Shown here: one piece after another, positions 1 through 11,372 of the stretch
Position numbering within the stretch: the stretch's first letter is position 1
Layout of the letters: each line of letters starts with the position of its first letter
Assembly (NCBI RefSeq): GCF_001194135.2
Contig: NC_068984.1
Coordinates: forward strand, 45,094,972-45,158,971
Length of the DNA stretch: 64,000 nt
Source of the DNA: Octopus bimaculoides
Lineage: Eukaryota
Direction: 5' to 3'
Position numbers and translations under genes: made by a program
Notes under the pieces: model-generated
What the model saw: only the letters and a program-made list of their open reading frames with translations
The model's database searches: none
What the model was told of the DNA's origin: nothing

Positions 1-330
1 GTAACAAAAAAAGTTAACTAACCCCTGGCCAGATACAAAGGTATCCGTCACTATGCCTCTTACATGCGTCTTCCATACTGTTTCTTTCAGTATGGCTACT
101 ACACAGGAAAAGCAAGCCTTCCTTTCCCTGTTGAGGGAAGGAGGCAGCACAATCTCGATGATAGATTCAGCTGATAGCTGTATTCTACCCATCGATGACA
201 ACAGTTGTTCTGCGAAAACTATCAGTCTCGTTAATTTCGGACATTCCACAAATGCGTGCAAGATGGTTTCCCTGTGCCGCCCGCACCTCGGACATGTCGG
301 CGACACGGCACTTCCGTGCCTTGACAGTTT
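1..330 (-). mobile_element. L1/Tx1-clade LINE ORF2 C-terminal fragment (zf-RVT), runs off the window start
   Basis: Open minus-strand frame of about 110 codons, missed by the ORF track because it has no start codon: KLSRHGSAVSPTCPRCGRHRETILHAFVECPKLTRLIVFAEQLLSSMGRIQLSAESIIEIVLPPSLNRERKACFSCVVAILKETVWKTHVRG. The CxxC...ETxxH...C motif followed by a VW motif is typical of L1/Tx1 ORF2 ends. Confidence 0.8.
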
Positions 331-353
331 TACCACACAGCCACTCCTGCACC
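331..353 (-). mobile_element. 5' head only of SINE family B, abutting the Tx1/L1 fragment
   Basis: Minus strand GGTGCAGGAGTGGCTGTGTGGTA matches the start of family B copies (for example 27350: GGCGTAGGAGTGGCTGTGTGGTA). Confidence 0.65.
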
Positions 354-559
354 TATATATACATTTATTTTACACATCTTTATGCACAGATATGCAGACA
401 CGAAAATACACGTAGATTCAAATGCATATTGCCATATGGAAATTTACAAGAAGCAAATTATATTTAATGTGTTGAGTGCAACACGTGCAGTACATTTACA
501 AGAATACTCATAAATACATATCCTTCTAAATAAAGATGCGGTCACTATGCACACCTCAG

Positions 560-1004
560 ATAGGGCCAGCAGCCATGCCGGAGCATCGCCTTAAAGGGTT
601 TTAGTCGAAGAAAATTGACCCCATTCTGTGTAAGCCTAATACTAATTATATCGGTCTGTTTTGCTACGGGACGTAAACACACCAACATCAATTGTCAAGT
701 GATGGTGGTGGGGAGACAAACACAGACACAAAAATGCGCATATAGATGTAAACATAGAAACATATGTATTATTTTCCCCCCGTCTTCCTTTGCCCTTGGA
801 CTTTCTTCCGCCTCCTTTTTCTGACGAAGAACTTTGCTCGAAACGTAAAATATCTTTCTTTCCTTCCCTGAGCGTCTGCTAATACTTTACATGTACCGTG
901 TCCTCATGTTGTTGTTTTTTTTGTTGTTGTGTTTGTTCTTCGTTTTTTTTTTGGGGGGGAGTCTTTGAGGGGGGAATTTACTATACACACACATACACAC
1001 ACAC

Positions 1005-1038
<34 letters not shown>

Positions 1039-1185
1039 GACGGGATTCTTTCAGTTTCCGTCATCCAAATCCACTCACAAGGACCGAAGCTATAGTAGAA
1101 GACACTCGCCCAAGGTGCTACGCAGTGAGACTGAACCCGGTACCATGTGGTTGGAGAGCAAGCTTCTTATCACACAGCCACGCCT
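560..1185 (-). mobile_element. SINE family B (tRNA head, CORE-like region, internal microsatellite, CR1-like tail) with a nested insert
   Basis: Matches the copies at 27350 and 36914: TGGCTGTGTG A box, GGTTCAGTC B box, GCACCTTGGGCGAGTGTCTTCTACTATAGC, GGAAACTGAAAGAA, and a GCTCCGGCATGGC tail. Confidence 0.85.
816..850 (+). ncRNA. Minimal type I hammerhead ribozyme motif within a short Penelope-type insert (about 770-930)
   Basis: TTTTT-CTGACGA-AGAAC TTT GCTC-GAAAC-GTA-AAA: CUGANGA core, near-perfect stem II (one mismatch), GAAAC, a GUA cleavage triplet and a U/A stem I. Confidence 0.6.
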
Positions 1186-1340
1186 AGTGTTCGATGTATA
1201 AGGAACATCAAAATGAAATTTCGACAATGCCAGACCATAGAAGCACAAGTAACAAACAAGCAAAATAGTATTGTTTTCTTTTATGTGTGTGTGTGTGGTG
1301 GCGGACCTTGTCATGTTTGTTGGTTGTATAGAGAAAAGGG

Positions 1341-1652
1341 GTAAAGACCCCCTTCAGTCATGAATGACCATGAGATAGTACCTAGGAAGTTACCCTCCGA
1401 AGCACAAGTCCGGGCAAGGTGGTTTATGGAAAACCAACAGTCGCCCATGCATACCAGCCTCCTATCACTACACCACCGATGTTATCCAAGGGTGAGGCAA
1501 TGACCGATGCAGCTTGGCACCAGTGATGCTGCAACTCATTTCTACAGCTGAGTGAACTGGAGCAATGTGAAATAAAGTGTCTTGCTCAAGAACACAACAC
1601 ACACAGCCAGGTCCGGGAATCGAACTCACTGTGAACCCGACGATCTAACTAC
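1341..1652 (-). mobile_element. SINE family D (tRNA head, CORE-like region, RTE-like tail)
   Basis: Reverse complement of the 33234 copy: GAGTTCGATTCC B box, GTGTTGTGTTCTTGAGCAAGACACTTTATTTCAC, tail CATGGTCATTCATGACTGAAGGGGGTC. Confidence 0.85.
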
Positions 1653-2212
1653 CAACCCATTTGTATTTGGTCACCTGAAACAGAATGGCTATTATCCGCA
1701 GTTGCTCTTGACACACTTTCTTGTCTCTCTCACGCACCATCCTCCGTACAGTGTGTGTATATACAATTATATTTTTCTCAAAGAACACACTTGATGCTAT
1801 TTATTATGATGCACAAATTCACGTGTTCAATCGGAATGAATAATGAGACGACCCAATAAAAATAAAAAAATAAGCTTAAGTTATTTTCAAAATGAATCCT
1901 CTCTACATTTAACAGGAACTGAAATTTCGAAATAATAAACAGGAACGTATATATTAATGATGTAAAGGGGAACTACTTGTTAGAGAGACCAGCAAGGAAA
2001 TGCAGAGAGCGAGGGAACAAGGAATATTTTTAAGGATGACAGAGTAAGTCCTGCTTGTCTAGCTAGCAATTTATAAGAGTGTGACGTCAGAGTCCTAGTA
2101 ATGTCTCGTGATGCCACTCTATCAAAATGTCAATGTCTCGTGATCCCACTTCATATCACAACGAAGCTGATTTATACCAACTAACCTCTAACCAAGAGGC
2201 ATACTTGTGACC

Positions 2213-2213
2213 G

Positions 2214-2264
<51 letters not shown>

Positions 2265-2421
2265 CAGGCGGACGAACGGACAGATAGATAGATGGATAGA
2301 TTGACAGACAGACGGGCGGACGGACAGACAGACGGACAGACATGCAGACAGGCAGGCAGGCAGGCAGGCAGACAGGCAGGCAGGCAGACAGGCAGGCAGG
2401 CAGACAGGCAGGTAGAAAGAC

Positions 2422-2466
<45 letters not shown>
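2213..2466. repeat. Compound tetranucleotide microsatellite (GATA)n-(GACA/GGAC)n-(GGCA)n-(GACA)-(GATA)n
   Basis: Directly visible; GATA arrays lie at both ends. Confidence 0.95.
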
Positions 2467-2467
<1 letters not shown>

Positions 2468-3082
2468 TGTACGAGCAAGGGTAAAAGCAGCTTAGCTAAG
2501 TGTAGTTTATCAGAACCTGTGGTCGCCTGAAATCTGTTCAGAAATCTGGATACTCAGATACTAAGAGCCAGTCGGTGGATCACGTACTATATCACGTTGA
2601 TTGAGTCTGGGGATTGCATTAAAGGCCTATGGAATACTCGGCCACTAATGCTATTATTCAATGACTATGTAATTCTATTCACAGAATGACTCCCATGAAC
2701 ATCATCGAAACTGAGGGAGAATATATTTACTATGCACGCTCACCAGGTACTATAGAATATACAACTACGGGCGAGACCGTTTTTTCTTTAAATATTTATT
2801 TCAATTATTTTATTTTATCCATACAAATCAAGTTGTTACGATTGCTAACGGTCACTGGTTTTAATAACCAACTGATAAATATCTCTCATTGCAGGAAGTA
2901 AATTAATTTATTAATCAATGCATCTTATCGTCCAGCAATCTGTACAAACACTTAATGAACTCATATTACATTCAATATCTTGATTGCTTTACTTTCATTG
3001 CTAGAAGTCTCTGTCTCACAAATAATCAGGTCTTTGCTTTAAAACGTTCGATAATTTTCTGGTACTGGACTATATATATACA

Positions 3083-3490
3083 TATAGGCCTCCGTCGGTT
3101 ATGGCTGACCATGGATGATGTCATCCGTCTGTTGAGTTGTCTATTCAGTTTTTTGCAACGCCTCCTGTGGCTGTAGAGACCGATGCGTGAGTGGCAGTCT
3201 CTTTTGCAGAGGTCACACCCATACGTTGAATCCGGTCTGTTGGTTGTCATTTCTTTTGTGCAGGCTCGGTTTTCAGCTGCTGCCACCCTCAAATTCTCTT
3301 CGCCGGTCTGCAGTTGTTTGTGAAGAGTGCCTCTCCAGCTGGTTTGGTCGGCTCCGAGATCCTCCCAGGAATTGGTGCTGATACCAAGTGCCTTCATATC
3401 CCTCCTGCACACGTCTCTGTACCTCAGCTTTGGACGGCCAATGTTTCTCTGCCCTGCGACAAGCTCTCCGTAAAGGACATGCTTTGGGTC
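3083..3490 (-). mobile_element. 5'-truncated RTE-clade LINE (ORF2 C-terminus and 3' end) with target-site duplication
   Basis: PKHVLYGE ... CRRDMKALGISTNSWEDLGADQTSWR ... CDLCKRDCHSRIGLYSHRRRC, a C2H2-like end typical of RTE. Flanks GGTACTGGACTATATATACACA (3061-3082) and GGTGCTGGACTATACACA (3491-3508) form an imperfect TSD. Confidence 0.9.
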
Positions 3491-4491
3491 GGTGCTGGAC
3501 TATACACAATTAAAACGTTCAAAATGTCCACAAATTTTAAGCAATGCAATCTCTGCACATCTTTCCTGGAGCTCGCTATATTAACATAGCAAATACTACA
3601 TCCTAAGGATTGTGCTTCCCTGTAAAGGCTTCAGCTCTCAACATCTAGTGATTCATTGCAAAACTCAAGAAGCGTTATGCAAATAATTTTCGCATATCTG
3701 AAATGTTCAAACGTACAAATGTGTTGAATAGAGCAGAAAAACAAAACTTCACGAAAAGGCTGAGATTACACTGTCTCTGAAAAGGTGCGAACTTAATACA
3801 CATGCACATGTGATGCGCGCGCGCGCACGTGATTCGTGTCCATGCAACTTAATGGTTGGTAGGATCATCAAACGAATATATCTTATCAAGTACGTAGAAA
3901 CCGACTTCGATGAGAAGATGGCTCCTGGATATTGAGCTGCTATTGGCCAACAAGCGTCACATCGTGTTATTAAACTCGTATCGACATCACTTCCGATTCA
4001 GTATTCAGTCTGAACAAGCTATTGTTATTGTCCATAAGCCGGGGTCAGGAATGAGTACACACGCACACAAACACACACACACACACACACACACACCCAC
4101 ACACACACACACATACCCACACATGTATATATGCATATATTTTTGTACGTAAGTTTGCATGCCTGTATGCTTGTATGTAGATCTCTATAGGTGCTTACCC
4201 TATCACTTGCATACACACACACATACACACACACACAGCCTCTCACACACACGCACACACTGTCTCTTTGAGGAAGAACTCATTACATATTAATTGCAGA
4301 TTGCGTAATTCATTAAATTAAAATTTCGATTATCCAGCTGGGCCACTGTCTCGCTCTTATCTCAACATCGTCAACGGAATTTGAACTCAGACGATACTGT
4401 GATAATACAGTGAAATAGTAAACCCGCTGTAAGTTCGAAATCTAAATCAGGGATTTTTACGAGATTCATAGAAATTACATGATTTATAAAA

Positions 4492-4673
4492 TATTGGTTT
4501 CAAATTTTGGCACAAGGCCAGTAATTTCTGGGACTGGGTACTTATTTTATCGATCCGAAAGGATGAAAGGCAAAGTGGAACTCGGTGGCATTTGAACCTA
4601 GAACGTTAAGACGGACGCAATGCTGTTAAGCATTTAGCCCGGTGTGCTAACGTTTCTACCAGCTTGTCACCTT
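4492..4673 (-). mobile_element. SINE family C
   Basis: Family hallmark AAGGATGAAAGGCAAAGT..CTCGG..GGCATTTGAAC and tail TTTCAAATTTTGGCACAAGGCCAG. Confidence 0.85.
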
Positions 4674-4802
4674 ATGATCTATAAATATTCATATTTGAAT
4701 TTTACAGCATTCTCTCTCATATATATGTATGTACTTACGTATATACACAAATACATGCATACACACACATACAAATATATGTATGGTATTTCAAGTGTGT
4801 GT

Positions 4803-4841
<39 letters not shown>

Positions 4842-5257
4842 TGTGCGTGTGTCTGTGTGTGTGTTATATGAGGTCATTCTTAGTGTTACAAGTGACATGT
4901 AACCCAGTACACCTATCGCATGATCGGGCAAGTAAACCAACTAAACCTGTTTGGCTTTCGTTGGACGCTTTGCAAGATGAAAAATAAAATCTGTTAAAGA
5001 ACTGATGAATTCTGTAGAGTCAATAGCCAACCAACAGCTGCGAGTAGGAGCAACCTAGTCTTTGCTTAGACATATCTCTAAATGAAGGAAAACCCGAAAT
5101 AACACCCGTCTCATTGCGAAACCGAAGTCTCGCTCTGGACTATTTAGCTTTGTAGGTGAGTGTTGGCGGTGTTGTACAAGTTGTTATTGACTTTAAGTTT
5201 CAGCACATACATACATACATACATACATACATACATACATACATACATACATACATA

Positions 5258-5686
5258 AGGCAGCTCCTTGAGCAACACTCTTTGTCTGATAACCTAGAAT
5301 AGAGCTGACCTCTATGACGATACATACTTTTTCTTGTCAGTCCCAAACAACAATATCTGGCCTGTTATGCTTACTCTTGACAGATGTTTTGAAGGGAATG
5401 TTCCACCAGTATTCCTTGATGTTGATATTTGTGTATGTATTCAAAAACAGAGGGATTTTCTATGTTTATTCCTGGACATTTTTCTTTTTCTGAATGACAT
5501 TGTACATTGCATTTGCGACAATGTTAAGTCACATAGGAAGGTAGTGACTTGACAGCAGCTAACCACATGTGTAAAGTCTTCCACAGAAATATGACATAAT
5601 CTACATTTGTATTTGCATCTTGGAACTACAAGTGCTTTATTGATTCTTTTGGTGATTAGGTATTTAGTAACAATCTCCTGTTCTTG
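5258..5686 (-). mobile_element. R4/Dong-clade (RLE-type) LINE internal fragment: CCHC finger and start of the restriction-like endonuclease
   Basis: QEQEIVTKYLITKR...KCRLCHISVEDFTHVVSC, then after a frameshift EYWWNIPFKTSVKSKHNRPDIVVWD (the RPD motif of RLE). Confidence 0.85.
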
Positions 5687-5961
5687 TATGTATGTATGTA
5701 TGTATGTATGTATGTATGTATGTATAAGTGTGTCTCTTCTAATTTTAATTTTTATAAATCTTCCACTGAGGAGAGAGCCGGTTTCCAAATGTATATATGC
5801 ATGTATGTATGAATGTATGTATGTATGAATGTATGTATGTATGTATGCATGTATGTAATGTATGTATGTGCATAGGGAGGTAGTTGGAATATACATGCCC
5901 GATACAATATATACATCTCGTTTATAACTGAGTTATATTTCCATGAATGTACTAAAACTGG

Positions 5962-6727
5962 TGCGTTAGCAGAATTTTTGGAGAATCAGCCAAACTACGT
6001 TGCAGTATATGCTCTGACTCTTAACGTTGTGATGTGGTGACGCAATGGCCCAGTGGTTAGGGTAGCGGACTCACGGTCGTAGGATCGCGGTTTCGATTCC
6101 CAGACCGGGCGTTGTGAGTGTTTATTGAGCGAAAACACCTAAAGCTCCACGAGGCTCCGGCAGGGGATGGTGGCGAACCCTGCTGTACTCTTTCGCAACA
6201 ACTTTCTCTCCCTCTTTCTTCCTATTTCTGTTGTGCCTGTAATTCAAAGGGTCAGCCTTGTCACACTGTGTCACGCTGAATATCCCCGAGAACTACGTTA
6301 AGGTTACACGTGTATGTGGAGTGCTCAACCACTTGCACGTTAATTTCACGAGCAGGCTGTTCCGTTGATCGGANNNNNNNNNNGAACCCTGCTGTACTCT
6401 TTCGCAACAACTTTCTCTCCCTCTTTCTTCCTATTTCTGTTGTGCCTGTAATTCAAAGGGTCAGCCTTGTCACACTGTGTCACGCTGAATATCCCCGAGA
6501 ACTACGTTAAGGTTACACGTGTATGTGGAGTGCTCAACCACTTGCACGTTAATTTCACGAGCAGGCTGTTCCGTTGATCGGATCAACTGGAACCCTCGAC
6601 GTCGTAAGCGACGGAGTGCCAACAACAACAACTTTACGTTGTGAGTTCAAATCCCATCGAAACCAGCAATGCCTTTTATCCTTTCGGAGTCGATGAAATA
6701 TAGTACCAGTAACGTACTGGAGTCGAC
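5962..6727 (+). mobile_element. Old family C SINE split by a family A insertion (halves about 5962-6032 and 6632-6727)
   Basis: The left half ends ...GACTCTTAACGTTGTGA and the right half resumes CTTTACGTTGTGAGTTCAAATCCC...CTTTCGGAGTCGAT. Confidence 0.7.
6033..6631 (+). mobile_element. SINE family A, full length; about 200 bp duplicated across the 10-N gap
   Basis: A box TGGCCCAGTGG, B box GGTTTCGATTCC, (AAC)n tail. TSD CTTAACGTTGTGA / CTTTACGTTGTGA (6020-6032 and 6632-6644). Confidence 0.9.
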
Positions 6728-7516
6728 AGCAAATGCCAATGAGCCGCTACTATGGTACAACAAACACATATCCTACCCTGCTCCACCTAACACAGAGGTT
6801 CTCTGACGGCAGAGGAACTGATATGTCAACTGGAGTGAATTAGCGGCACAGCAGTATTTGAGTGACATTCTTTATAGAGCCAATATGCCATAACAACACA
6901 CGCACACACATGCAGCTATGCATATACGCATACACGTAAGTATGTATTTATGTAAGTATTATGTATCTATGTATGTAAGTATGTATATGTTATGTTATGT
7001 CAGGTCACCCTTAGTGCTACATTATTCATACCCTTTCACAAAGCTAATCAAATTTAAAGAACTTAAGAATACAAGTACCTACATATATTATAATTTGCTT
7101 ATATTAGAGTGCTGTCAAACGGAAAATAGTGGGTACGTGAGTAAGCAACAATAACAAAGATTTTACTTTCATTATCGTTTCAACTTACTGCACATATTAC
7201 GTGATATACATACGACATTTTTAAAACGTAAAAAGATTTTAATACTGTAATTCATACGTGCGTATATGCGGCGGGCTGCGCGCGCACGTATTTATACACA
7301 CAAATATAATTGCATATATAATATGTGTGTACGTGTGTGTATATTATATATGTATTTAAGTATCTATGCGTGTGTGTGCGCGCGGTAAAGATATTTTCAA
7401 AAGTAAGAGAAGAATTCAATATTCAATTTCGTTTGGACAGATGCGCTATTCTCCATAATTAATAAAGCTGCCAATATGTTTGATGATGTTGTTAACACGA
7501 GTACATACAAATACAT

Positions 7517-7557
<41 letters not shown>

Positions 7558-7918
7558 CACACACATACACACACACACACGCACTCATACACACACATGC
7601 ACCTGCACCACATACGTGCACACAGACACCTATGTTATGTTATGTATATATGTATCTTTGTAATGTAAGCATACACACGTTTCATATCATATTGGAATAT
7701 TTTGCCTTATTTTCCTGACCTCTCTACTTTCCATTTAACATTTCCCACTCACCCTCATTCTGTTTTATCTTTCCTATCTTCTTATCTTCCAAACACTTCT
7801 GACGCTTTTTATATTGATTATTTCCTTTCACCTGGTGACTACCATATCTCACATGACAGTGTTTTTTTTTGTTTTTTGAGCTTACAATGAATATATATAT
7901 ATATATATATATATGTGC

Positions 7919-7952
<34 letters not shown>

Positions 7953-8402
7953 NNNNNNNNNNNNNNNNNNNNNNNNNNNNNNNNNNNNNNNNNNNNNNNN
8001 NNNNNNNNNNNNNNNNNNNNNNNNNNNNNNNNNNNNNNNNNNNNNNNNNNNNNNNNNNNNNNNNNNNNNNNNNNNNNNNNNNNNNNNNNNNNNNNNNNNN
8101 NNNNNNNNNNNNNNNNNNNNNNNNNNNNNNNNNNNNNNNNNNNNNNNNNNNNNNNNNNNNNNNNNNNNNNNNNNNNNNNNNNNNNNNNNNNNNNNNNNNN
8201 NNNNNNNNNNNNNNNNNNNNNNNNNNNNNNNNNNNNNNNNNNNNNNNNNNNNNNNNNNNNNNNNNNNNNNNNNNNNNNNNNNNNNNNNNNNNNNNNNNNN
8301 NNNNNNNNNNNNNNNNNNNNNNNNNNNNNNNNNNNNNNNNNNNNNNNNNNNNNNNNNNNNNNNNNNNNNNNNNNNNNNNNNNNNNNNNNNNNNNNNNNNN
8401 NN

Positions 8403-8437
<35 letters not shown>

Positions 8438-10017
8438 GTATATATATACACACACATATACACACACACGTACACACATATATATGCACATACACTCACA
8501 TACATATATGCACACACACACATAATGTAATCACATATATATATGTAACAGACGTGTGTATATTTTATATTATTTCTGATGTTCATTTTTTATATTTATT
8601 ATGAAGGAGTGTTCCATTTTTGTCTACATTACAAATTGATCTGGTGTCGCTAATATTCATATTGGCTTCACTTTTCTTTCTCTTTCATTCCTTCCCCCAC
8701 CCGCCCCCCATCATTACTCTTTATGTATTGCTAAAGGGAGGGGCGTTGAAATTAGGGAACGAACAACAAACACGATATATTATATGCATGCACACACTCA
8801 CACTCACATACATATATACGCATATATATAGTACATATATATATATATATATGAAGCAAAAGGCTGGAACTCTTGAGTAGACATCTGCATTGAACATCTT
8901 TGGCTTTCTATTTTGGTAACTTTAACTATCAACATCTTCCATATGTGTATGTGTGTGCGTGTGTGCATGGGTTCGTGTGCGCCTACGTCTATGTGCGTAA
9001 TGCGTGCGACTATCTTTATGAAGGCGTGTGGAGTCGGTGTCATGTTTGTTTCATTGTTACTTTAACATAAAGCTATGTTGTGACATTCCTACTGAGATTA
9101 TTTATGACAGACATCAGAGAGAGAGATTGAGAGAGGTGGAGTGAGTGAGAGAGAGATAGAGCGAGAGAGATTTTGTGTGAGCGCACGTGTGTACGTTTGT
9201 GTATGTGTGCGTGCGTAAGTGCATGCGTGTGTGTGAGAGAGAGAGAGAGTGCGTGCGAATGTGTGTTATTGGTTGTAAATGCATGCTTGTGTATTCGCAT
9301 ATGTCGTTATTATTGTTATTCGAACACGTGTGTGTGAGCTTAGTGGAGACATGATTACCGCATGAAGAATACGTAAATATTTTCTCTGCAGGAGGCATAA
9401 GTTCGAATTCTTGAAGATGCTATTTAGCTCTGCTTTGGACATTCTTATTAAACCTGAGCAGCTGAGAGGTGTCTATTCTGTTGTGTTGTCAATCCGAATC
9501 AAGCGGACCTTTTGATCAGAGGCGTTCCAACCATGACATCCCATATCACTGTTTAAAACATGTATTTTTCAATTATATGAAATAATTGTAAATCGGTAGA
9601 ACGTGGTTTGACATTTATTTCTAGTGGGTCTTATGACCGCTTTAAGATCCCTGGTCTTAAACATCGAATGAGAGATTAGGAAATCAGGCATGATCAAATG
9701 GTCAGGATATTCATTTCAAAATCTTGGGGCACCACTGGAAAACATCGGTGTCTTTTACCGCCGAAAATAAAAGCTTGTTAAATGGATTGCACACTTAATT
9801 CAAAAGAGAAACTGTGTCATATTTTGTCACGTTCACTCAGTTTGCAAATTATGCCAGATGTACAAACGTCTGAGAAATACTCAGCCACTTACGAGTACAA
9901 GTCAAATGAAAGATTACAATGTTCCGTTAATCGAAGAATTATAACACTTATCGACGCAATCGACGGAGATCCATATCGATTTTCTCAAAGGGTCTAGAGA
10001 TTGTGTTATGATGGATG

Positions 10018-10239
10018 CACAAGGGGATTCTGAAAATTTCTTGGCTTTAAGTATATCGCGAAAGGCTTGGTTGAAGGCCCAACCTTCTGAATTCTTTTAC
10101 AGAACTTAGAAAACTGAAGGACCCCTAAAATAAATGCGTGTGTATCTGAGAAGGAAAGACGTTCCATAAAATCATGATTAATGGATCCGCCTGTATTTTC
10201 TTTTACCCAAAGCCAGGAACTTTTCAGCACCCCCTCGTA
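10018..10239 (+). mobile_element. Mariner-derived MITE (about 220 bp)
   Basis: Right TIR AAAGCCAGGAACTTTTCAGCACCCCCTCGTA; the left TIR matches its reverse complement at 25/31 positions. A second copy lies at 27216. Confidence 0.75.
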
Positions 10240-10909
10240 GAGGTATGGCACTTTTAAGGTAGCTTCTACAACCGTATACACAATATGATTTTGTAAAATA
10301 AACAATGGGTAAATCCAGCCTTGTTACTACGAAAATGTTTGTTGTTGGAGCGGTACTAACGCTACTGCTCGAACAACGCTGCCATATTGTTGTTTTCTTT
10401 TTATTATCTTGTAGTCAGGAATGGAGTGTCAAAGGATATAACTGGACATCCATGCTTGGATTATGGGAGAACCTAGGGAATCCTGAAACCGGAGATCTGG
10501 TTCGATTGCTCCCAACATAGTGATCTCTACTAAAGACAACTAAGGTATTAGTGGTGGTGGTGAACTGAACGACGGGTTAAGTCGACCACCAATGTAGGCC
10601 ATGAAGGGATTAGAACTCAGAACGCAACGACCCCCCCCACCAAAAAAAAATACAAAATATCCAGTCCGGTGTTCTTTTCAGTTCTGCTAACCTAAGGCTA
10701 AATAACGACATCATGATCCTCCCATTTCGTATAATTTAAAAAGTTTAATTGCGACGACTGATATACTATCGCTGAAAAGTCATCCCTACCAACTCCTCAA
10801 CGATATCAGTTCTTCATATGCCAATATAGAAATCACTTTGTAGTTGCTCATTCTGCTAGACATAGCAATCAAAGTTCCCTCAACCTAACTCTTACAACTT
10901 ACAAAAGTA

Positions 10910-11110
10910 GTTGGTTGGTTGGCACTCCGCCGGTTACGACGACGAGCGTCCCAGTTGATCCGATCAACGGAACAGCCTGCTCGTGAAATTAACGTGCAAG
11001 TGGCTGAGCACTCCACAGACACGTGTACCCTTAACGTAATTCTCGAGGAGATTCAGCGTGACACAGAGTGTGACAAGGCTGGCCCTCTGAAATACAGATA
11101 CAACAGAAAC
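10910..11110 (-). mobile_element. SINE family A, 3' part
   Basis: GGCACTCCGCCGGTTACGACGACGAG...GAACAGCCTGCTCGTGAAATTAACGTGCAAGTGGCTGAGCACTCC. Confidence 0.9.
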
Positions 11111-11297
11111 ATCTTTTTATCTAGTTCCAACTCAAAGCTGAGGCCATGCTGGGACAACGCGGTAAGAAAAAAATGTTGATCTCTGCGGGATTGGAACTCA
11201 AAGCGAAGAAAGTCGGGACAAATAGGCAAGACATTCAGCCCATCTCTGTCATTTAACGGTTCGGTAAAAGAGACCGATAGAATATGTATACAATAAG

Positions 11298-11365
<68 letters not shown>

Positions 11366-11372
<7 letters not shown>

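Noticed and set aside
6177-6583. Apparent 200-bp tandem duplication inside SINE A
   Set aside because: The two copies look identical and meet at a 10-N placeholder gap; most likely an unmerged contig overlap.
7724-8604. Long ORFs of 200-420 aa in the track (also 11904-13160, 28001-29037, 59525-60219, 61462-62080)
   Set aside because: They read through N-runs and (TA)n/(CA)n microsatellites.
10415-10544. Exon-like segment with a strong acceptor and an AAG|GTATTA donor
   Set aside because: All three frames contain a stop and no homology was recognised.
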